NCBI GenBank assembly: GCA_965240325.2
Contig: OZ251239.1
Span: 1,302,001 to 1,366,000, forward strand
DNA length: 64,000 nt
Direction of reading: 5' to 3'
Origin: Rebecca billardiae RCC1528
Taxonomy: Eukaryota; Protista; Haptophyta
Made by a program: the position numbers and the translations under genes. A model generated the notes under the pieces. The model saw only the letters and a list, made by a program, of their open reading frames with translations, ran no database searches and had not been told where the DNA came from. Of this stretch, positions 56,229 through 64,000 are shown one piece after another (positions within the stretch are counted from its first letter, which is position 1; each line of letters opens with the position of its first letter).

Positions 56229-57775
56229 TAATTATATTTAGTCGGAACCTCTGCCTTCGTGGGCTCCGCGTTTGGTCCCGGCTCCGCCTGTCCTCTCACT
56301 TCTGCCGACTGGCGCGCGCGCGCGCGTCGCGGCGGCGATGTGACTCGGACCGTATATACTTATTCCGCCGGTATAACATATCACTTATTCCTGTCGCGCG
56401 ACAGTGTACCTCTGCATCAACGTCGTATAGATATATTGCCCGTACGGCTACATCCGAGTACGTTTGTACGTCCTGGATGTTCCATTTGCCAGCTACCTCT
56501 CTCCGAGGCCTCACGCGTTCGGCTGCCTACTGGGCCCTTGGCTGCCAGCTACCGGATCCGAATGAAGTCTCTTCATCTTGCGCGCGCGCGCGGCGTCGCG
56601 CGGCGCCGCCAACTCTGGTGAGAGTCCTCCGCCTGTATCCTGCCTTACTGCCGGCCTCGATCTACCGGCCGTCAGTGGCTATGTTGCCAAGGGCCGCCGA
56701 CGGTTGGCCCGACTAAGGTTCTCGTTAGACACTGTGGTCTAAGAGGGGATATATATATATATCAATATTGCGCTGCTGCTAGCTGATATATGACGATCGA
56801 TGATGACGCGACGACGATGACGATGATAATTGATATGCGCGATGAACTGATATGCATTGGTTGCGGCGCCGATATGCGTGCGCGTATATATATGTGTGAA
56901 CCCGGCCGGCCGGTAGTACCGCTGTGGCGGGCGTCAGACTGCCGTCCGGCGGCCGGGACTCCGCCGGCGAGTCCGCCGCTTGCTAGTTTCTGCGCGGGCC
57001 GGTCTCGGACTGATTATGTCATCATTATGATATGATATATACGACTACGCGTAGAGTACTCTGCTGTGCGACCGACCAGCGGACCAGACGCCGATCGGCG
57101 GCTGCGCCGCTCGGCTGAAACTCGCGATCCGGACTGCGCGCTATATGCGCTGCGCGGATTAGTAGTAGTCCGATCACTCGGCTATACTCTATGCTATACT
57201 GATGATGATGACTCGTCGGCGCACGTCCGAACATGCTGCCCGGGCACGCTCGCCGCCGCCGGTGTCGCGGGCCGGCCCCTGCGCCAGCCCGCGCGACCGG
57301 CGCAATTAGCCTCGGGGGGCCGCACGAATGCGGCAGCAGCAGCGTCGCAGAGTGATGAGTGGGCAGCTGACGCACGGCGGGCGTGCAGCACGCAATGGCG
57401 GCACTCGCGGCCGGATACAGGCCGAGCCGCTAGCGCGGCCGCTGGCGCGCTGCGGGGCCCCGTGAGCCGCGGCGCCGTCGACAATCGACGGCCGCCGTGG
57501 CGATCGAGCAGCGCGCGGCGATCTGAGCGTGGTGGCGCGCGCGCGCCGCCGGCTGCCGGCTACGTTGGACAAGCCAGCGAGCGGCTGCGCGCGCAGCTTG
57601 CAGCGCCGCGGCAGCAACGCGCGGCAGCGGGGGCCGAGGGCAGCGGCGGCGGCGGGCCGGCGCGCGAGCTTCGCTCGCGCGCCGCCACGCCGCCCGCCGC
57701 CCGCGGCGCGCCCCGCGCGCGCCATCCGCTCCACACACCCTCGCCCTGACAGGCAGCCCGGGCGGGCTCAGGAGG

Positions 57776-57970
57776 TCAGGAGGGCATCTGGTGGGAAGGG
57801 GGCGGCGGCGGCGCGCGCGGCGGTCGGCGTGTGCGTGCGGGCGGGCGCGGGGCCGCGCGCGGCGGGGGCTGGCGCGCGGCGGTGCGCACCTGGTTGTAAT
57901 TCTTCTTCTTGTCTTTTTTCTTGGCAGCCGCCGCCTTCTGAGCGCTGCGGCCCCGACACGCCGGCGCAGG

Positions 57971-58014
<44 letters not shown>

Positions 58015-58582
58015 GGGCGCGCGCGCGCGGGCGGGGCGGGCGGGGTGGCGGCGCGGCGCGTGGCTCAGCGCGCGGAGGGCGAGAGAGCGGCGGATGACTC
58101 GGCGTCGCGCTCGCGCCGCGCCGGCCGGCCCGCCTCGCCAGCCAGCCCCTCCCCCCGCCCGCCCCCCCCCCCCCCCCCCCGCGCGTTCAGTCGCACACAC
58201 GCACCGTGCCGCCGCCTCCGCTGCCGCGAGCGCGGCTGCCTTGGACTTGTCCGCTTCGCCCTTCTTGGGCTTGGCGGCGGCGGCCTTGGCGCGGAGGATT
58301 GCCTTGACATCGGCGGGCGTGGCGGCGGCGGCGGCGGCGGCGCCGTCGTCCGCGCCGTCGTTCCCGCCGTCGTCGCCGCCCGCGCCACCGCCGCCGCCGC
58401 CGCCCTGTGCGTTCTCCTTAGCGGAGGCTGCGTCTGCGCCGGGGGCGGGGGCGGCGGTGCCGTCGGCGGCGGCGGCGGCGCGCGCCTGCGCGGTGGGCAG
58501 CGGTGGGCAGCGCGCGCGCGCAGGTGGGCGCGTTTGGGCGCGGGGCGGGCGCGGTGTCAGCCGAGATGACCGCCCAGCCGGC

Positions 58583-58613
<31 letters not shown>

Positions 58614-59417
58614 GCGGCGCGGCGTAGCGCTGCTCGCGCTGGCGGTTGCACTCACCTTGTCCTTCTTGCGCTGGCGCTTGAGGGCGGCGGCGGAGACCGC
58701 GCCGTCCGCGCCGCCGCCGCCGTCGGCGCCGCCGCCGCCGGCGGCTGCGGCCGAGGCGGCGGCGGCGCCGTCGGCGGCGGCGGCGCCGTCGGCGCCGCCC
58801 TCGATCGCCGCGAGGATCGCGTCGATCTCCTCGTCCGCCTCGCCCGCCACCGCCTTGGCCTTCTTGCCGCGCTTGCCGCCGCCACCGCCGCCGCCGCCGC
58901 CGCCGCCGTCGGCCGCGCCGCCGTTGGGCGGCGGCGACGACTGCGCGGGCGGCGGCTGCCCGTTGGGTACGGGCGCGTCCTCCTCCTCCTCGTCGTCCTC
59001 GTCCTCCTCCTCGTCCGCATGTCTCTCGCCCCCCGCGCCGTCCTCGTGCTCCGAGCCCTCCTCCTCTTCCCCGTCGTCGTCGGCTGCGCGCGCGGCGGCG
59101 GCGGCGGCGCCGCCGGGCGAGCCGCCGTCGACCGCGCTGCCGCCGCCCGACGGCGCTGTGGTGAGGACGGGCGGCTTCTTGAGGAAGATGTCGTCGTCCT
59201 CGTCGCTCTCGTCGCCCCACGCCTTCCCCGACGCGATCTCGCCGGCGAATTGCTTCAGGTCGATCGCGACGCGCGGCTCAGCCGCCTCCGCCTCGGCGCG
59301 CTTCTTCTCCGCCTTCTCCTTCTTGCGCTGCTGCTTGCGCAGCTTGGCCTCGATCGCGGCGGGGTCCTCGGCGGTCATGCCCTCGAGGGCGGCGAACGCC
59401 GAGCCCTTGGGCGCCAT
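57776..59417 (-). CDS. Charged low-complexity protein with WGD-acidic motif and conserved K-rich NYNQ C-terminus
   Basis: ATG at 59417. Predicted introns 58486-58655, 57945-58204 and 57788-57889. The spliced C-terminus AAAEAAARAQKAAAAKKKDKKKNYNQMPS* resembles an uncharacterised plant family ending AAARSA..AAAKKKEKNHYNQQPVR (from memory). Confidence 0.7.
57972..58013. repeat. G homopolymer (~42 nt) in an intron
   Basis: Read directly. Confidence 0.9.
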
Positions 59418-59899
59418 GGCGCTCCGCGCGGCGCGGGGCCCGCGGCGCGCGCGGCGGCTGCGGCGCGCGGGGTGCGCGCGGCGGCGGGTGTGCGCTCGGC
59501 GCGCCGGCCGGACGCTCGGGGCGAACGGCGCGCTGCTGTGCCGGTGGCCTCGGGGGCGTGCGCCGCGCTCCGTGCGGGGCGGCGGCGCTCCCTCGCGGCG
59601 CGGCTGCTGCGGGCCCGCGCTCGCCTGTGCACGCGCACGCGTGCTCCGCCGCGCTGCGATCAGGCGACGACGATGACGCCCCAGCCAGCGGCTGTGTGCG
59701 CCAGCAGCAGCGGAGGCACTTGATGAGGGCCGCAGGCGGCGGGACACGCGCCCCCGGAATGGGCGCCACGCGTGCGGCCAAGATTGCAATCTCGGCGCTC
59801 GCGCTGCCCGCTTTCAGTCGGGGCCGCGAGATTCTCGTATTCGCGCCCGCCGCCGCCGCGTCGTCGGCGTCGAAGAAGAAAATCGTCGCCGCCGCGTGA

Positions 59900-60388
59900 A
59901 TGGCGCAAATCAGTAATAAATCACGCGCGCTCAGCGCTGACGAAAAAGCGCCGCCGCGCTCGCGGCAAGCGCCGCCGTCCGCGGGGCGAGCAATGACGAC
60001 GGCCGATCGCGCAGCACCAACGGGCACGACGGAGGGCGCGAGCGCCGGGGCGCGGCGGCGGCGGCGCAGGCCGGCGGTGCGGCTCAGGCTGACGCCGACC
60101 GCCGGCGCGCACGCCCCCGACCCGCTCGACGCCGACGCCGCCGACTCCGACGCCGCGTCCGGCGGCGCGTCGCACGGCGGCGCCGAGCCCGACGCCGCCA
60201 CGCCCTCGGTCGTCATCGGCGGGCACGAGCTCTCGCTCGCCGGGCGGGACGTGAGCCCGGAGCTGCTCCGCGCGCTCGAGCTGCGCCTCGAGGCGCAGCT
60301 CGGCCTCGGCCGCCTCCTCCTCCCACTCTCCCGCGACGAAACACGCCCGGCCCTCATCTTGGACACGGCAGCGACGCTCGCTGGCAAG

Positions 60389-60423
<35 letters not shown>

Positions 60424-63400
60424 GGCTTCGACGGCGGCGGCGGCGGCGGCGGCGGGCGGCACTGGTGCTGCGCGCAAGCACGCCGCCCCCACCGCCGAGT
60501 ACGCGCCGCGCCAGCCCGCCGCGCCCGCCCCGGCCGAGTGCGCCGCCGAGGGCGGCGCGCCCGTGTCAGGTGTGCGCGTGCGCATCCGGCTGCGCGCCGG
60601 CCAGCCCGGAGCGGCGGGGGTCCCGGACCTCGCGCCGCGCGGCGTGCGCGCCGCGCTCGGGCGGGCCTGGCGCGCGCTGCTCGGCGCGCACGCCCCGCAC
60701 GCCGCCGCCTCCGCCGCCGAGGGCGGGCGCGGCGCGTGCCGCGTCGCGTCATGGGAGCTCGCCTTTTCAGAGCCGGTGCCACTGGGCAACGTCGTGCCGG
60801 CCGTTCTGAATGTGCATGCGTTGCTGGAGGGGACGCGGCTGCAGGCGGCGGCGGGCGCGCTGAGCGCGGCGGGGCTCGGCCCGCTGCGCTGCCTCCTCGC
60901 CGCCGCGCTGCGCCTCCTCGTCCTCGCCCTCTGGGCCGCAGAGACGAGCGGCATCGTCAGAGTTCGACTCACGGCCGCGCGCGCGGCCGCGCGCTCGTGG
61001 GATGCCGCGCTCACGCCCGCCTTCTCCGGATTCGTCGAGGTGCTGTCCGGACTGGTGCTGCTGCCGTTCTGGCGCGTGCGGCTGCCGCACCTCGTCCTCC
61101 CGCCGCCGCTCGCGAGCCTCGACGCGCTGCTCAGCAACGCGCCGCTCGCCGACGGTGCGCGCGCGCCGCAACCGCCGCGCGCGCGCCGCCGCGCGCCGCC
61201 GCGCGCCTGCGGCCCTGCCCAGACCGCCCGGATCGCTCGGACCGCCCGGACTGGCCATGCTGCTGCTGCTGCCGCCGCCGCCGCCGCGCTCTACCGGCCG
61301 CCGGCGGACGGGCCACGCGTGCGCTCACTCTGCTCCGCCCATGCGCCCGCGCGCTCGCGGCCGCCGCCGCCGCCGCCTCCGTCGCGCCGCCGGCGCGCGC
61401 GCGCTCGCAGGCGCGCGCGTGCGCACCACCGCCCTCCCCACCGCCGCGCTTGCGCGCGCGCTGCACACGCTCGCGCCGCGCGCGGAGCTCAGCGTGGCAG
61501 TGACGGGCCGCGCGCCGGCGCTGGACGTGGCGTGCACGCTGGCGGACCTCACTGAGGCGCGCGCCACCGTCAGTGTGCTGCCCACCGCAGCACCGCCACC
61601 GCCACCGCCTGACGCGCCGCCGGCCGGCGCGGGCGCGGCGCCGGCCGCCGCCGAGCCGGCCGCCGGCGGTGGCCGCGCCGCCGCGGGGGCGGCGCCCGCG
61701 GACGGCGCCGCCGCGGACGAAGCCGAGGAGGAGGACGACGCGGAGGAGGACGACGAGGACGACGAGGACGACGACGTGGCGCAGGGCAGCGGTTGCTGGC
61801 GGCTGCGTGCCGCTCTGAGTGTTGAGCTGTGCCGGTCGCGCGCGCGCCTGCGTGTGCGCTCGCTGCAGCTGGGCGGCGCCCCGAGCGCCGACGCGGCGGC
61901 GGACGCGCCGAACGGCGGCGGACGCGGCGGCGGGGTCGGCGAGGGGGTCGACGCGGGCGGCGAGGCGTGGGCGGCGGGTGCGAGCGCGGAGAGCTCGGGG
62001 CTCAGTTGGCTTCACCTCAGCGGCGAGCTCAGCGCAGCGCTCGGCGCCGAGGCAGCGGGCGGCGCCGAGGCAGCGGGCGGCGCCGAGGCAGCGGGCGGCG
62101 CCGAGGCAGCGGGCGGCGCCGAGGCAGCGGGCGGCGCCGAGGCAGCGGGCGGCGCCGAGGCAGCGGGCGGCGCCGAGGCAGCGGGCGGCGGCGGCGGCGG
62201 CGGCGCGGCCGAGGGGCCGCGTGCGCCAAGCGGGCGGCCGCCCGCGCTGCTGGAGGAGCTCGGCGTGCGGCTCGGCTTGGTGCGCCCGTCGCAGCCCGCC
62301 AACCCTACCCCCAACCCTACCCCCAACCCTGCTGCCCGCGCCGGCGCGGCCGGCGCGGCCGGCGCGGCTGGCGCGGCCGAGCGCGGCGCGCCACCGCGCG
62401 CGCCGCCGTCGGCGGCGGCGTCGGCGGCGCCGACGCTCGCGCTCGCGCACGCGTGGGTGCTGCACGAGGGCTCGCGGCTCGCCGGCGTGCGCGCCGTCCT
62501 CGCGCACGGCCACCCGCTCATGGCGGGCGGCGCGCGCGTCGAGTGTGTTGCGCGGCGCGTGCGCGCACACGCGGCCGTGCGCGCGCGCGCGCGCGTGGTG
62601 CACGGGCGCATCGCGCCCGCGGACGGCGGCGGCGGCGGCGGCGCGGAGGGCGCCGCGCCGGGCGCGCCGCTCCCCGCCCTCCGCGCCGAGCTCGTCCTCC
62701 CGGACTCGCTCACGGCCGGACTCGCCGCCGCGGACGTGAGCGTGCGCGCGGGCGGGCGGCGCGGCGCGACGCTGCGCGGCGCGAGGCTACGGCTGTGGCC
62801 GGCGGCGACGGGGGCGTCGGCGAGCGTGGACGTGAGCGGTGCGCGCGGCGTGCGCGCGGGCGTGCGCCGCGACGCGTGGAGTGTGCGCGTGCACGCGCGC
62901 GCTCACCACGCACGCCGCCGCCGCTGCCCCGCCGCCGCATGCCGCCCGCTGCGCCGCCTGCGCGCGCGCGCGCAGGCGGCGCGGCGCGCGGCGTGCGCGC
63001 GCGCGTGCGCGCCGCCGCGCCTCACATGAGCCTGCGCGCGGTCTCGGCGGTCTCCGGGCTGCCCGAGCTCGGCGTGCCGGCGGGCGCGCAGGTGCGCGGC
63101 GCGCTCGCGTGCGCGGCCGCGCTCGACGCCACCTGCGTGCTCGCGCGCGCGGCCGCGCCCGGCGCGCCGCCCTCGCCGCGGCCGCGCGCGCGCGCGCCGC
63201 CGCCGCCCGCCGCGGCCACAGACGCGGACGCGGCGGTCGGCGGCGGCGACAGCGAGGAGGAGGACGACGACGCCGGCGGCCTCCTCGCGTGGGTCGAGCC
63301 GGGCTCCGGCGTGCAGCTGGCGCTCCGCGGCCCCGCCGCCGTCTCACTGTGTGGGCGCTCGCTCAGCGTGGCGCGGGCGCTGCTGGAGGTGCGCCCGCAG

Positions 63401-64000
63401 CAGGCAGCACCGGACTGGGCAGCACCGGACTGGGCAGCACCGGACTGGGCGTGGGCGTGCGTGCGTGCGCGGCATGGCGTGTGTGCGCGCGTGCACGCAC
63501 ACGCCGGCTCTCGCCTGACGCGTCCCCTGCGCCACCGGCACGTGCCCCGCGGCGCGCGCGCGCGCGCGCCCACGTGCATTGCAGGTGCGCGCGCAGACTG
63601 TGTGCGCACTAGCGCTGCGCACACGCGCGGCCGCGGGCCAAGTGTCGGTGGCGTGGGACTTTGGTCCGGCGGAGGGCGCGGGCGCGCTGCCGCCGCGCCG
63701 CGCGGGCGAGGCGGTGCGCTGGCAGCTGCCGCCGCCGCGCTCGGCCGCAGAGGTTGCAGCGCTCGCGCCGCGCGCCGGCAGCGGCGGCGGCGGCGGCGGC
63801 GGCGCGGACGGCGGCGGCGCGACGCCGCCGTCACCGCTGACGCCCCGCGCGCGCGGCGGCGACGGCGGCGGCGGTCCGGTGGGCCCCGCGCTCACGGCGC
63901 ACTCGCCCGACGGCCGCGTCGTGGGGAGCTGCGAGCTGCTGCTGCCGCAGCTGCACCGCGCGGCCGTCTCGCTCACGCTGGGCGCGGACGGGCAGCTCGG
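59900..64000 (+). CDS. Large multi-exon hypothetical protein, runs off the right edge
   Basis: Coding-like frames 59900-61153, ~61411-62838, ~62976-63389 and onward, separated by GTGCGC...GCAG intron-like segments. Start may be 59900 or 59993. Function unknown. Confidence 0.6.
62043..62189 (+). repeat. 18-bp perfect coding tandem repeat (GGCGCCGAGGCAGCGGGC)x8 encoding GAEAAG
   Basis: Read directly. Confidence 0.9.

Noticed and set aside
1-64000. Hundreds of long overlapping Arg/Ala/Gly/Pro-rich ORFs (e.g. 43242-50291 +, 9343-12774 -, 6346-8958 -)
   Set aside because: These are shadow frames caused by extreme GC content and scarce stop codons. They have no motifs and lie antisense or off-frame to supported genes.

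Overview
Very GC-rich eukaryotic nuclear DNA with short GC-rich GT-AG introns (GTGCGC-type donors, GCGCAG-type acceptors). Composition, intron style and telomere-like intronic repeats suggest a haptophyte alga, possibly Pavlovales; this is inference only. Most long ORFs in the six-frame track are GC shadows. About 15 protein genes are supportable: an IRE/Rim15/Greatwall-type AGC kinase, a formin, two inverted copies of an SV2/SVOP-like MFS transporter, a TPR protein, an NSS (SNF/SLC6) symporter, a DUF3754-like protein, a centrin, a giant ARM+IQ-repeat gene, and several small or hypothetical proteins. The most notable region is about 14-32 kb, where I can read five different terminal-inverted-repeat (TIR) element families directly from the sequence. 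One element (21407-23649) ends in a perfect V(D)J RSS heptamer (CACAGTG) plus a 12-nt spacer plus a nonamer-like block, and it encloses a decayed transposase with a RAG1/Transib-like C-terminal motif. A second CAC-terminated element (29528-31952) has bipartite TIRs and a near-perfect 5-bp TSD. There is also an inverted pair of TA-TSD MITEs forming a ~1.1-kb hairpin. Exon boundaries and family calls were made by eye, with no database search.
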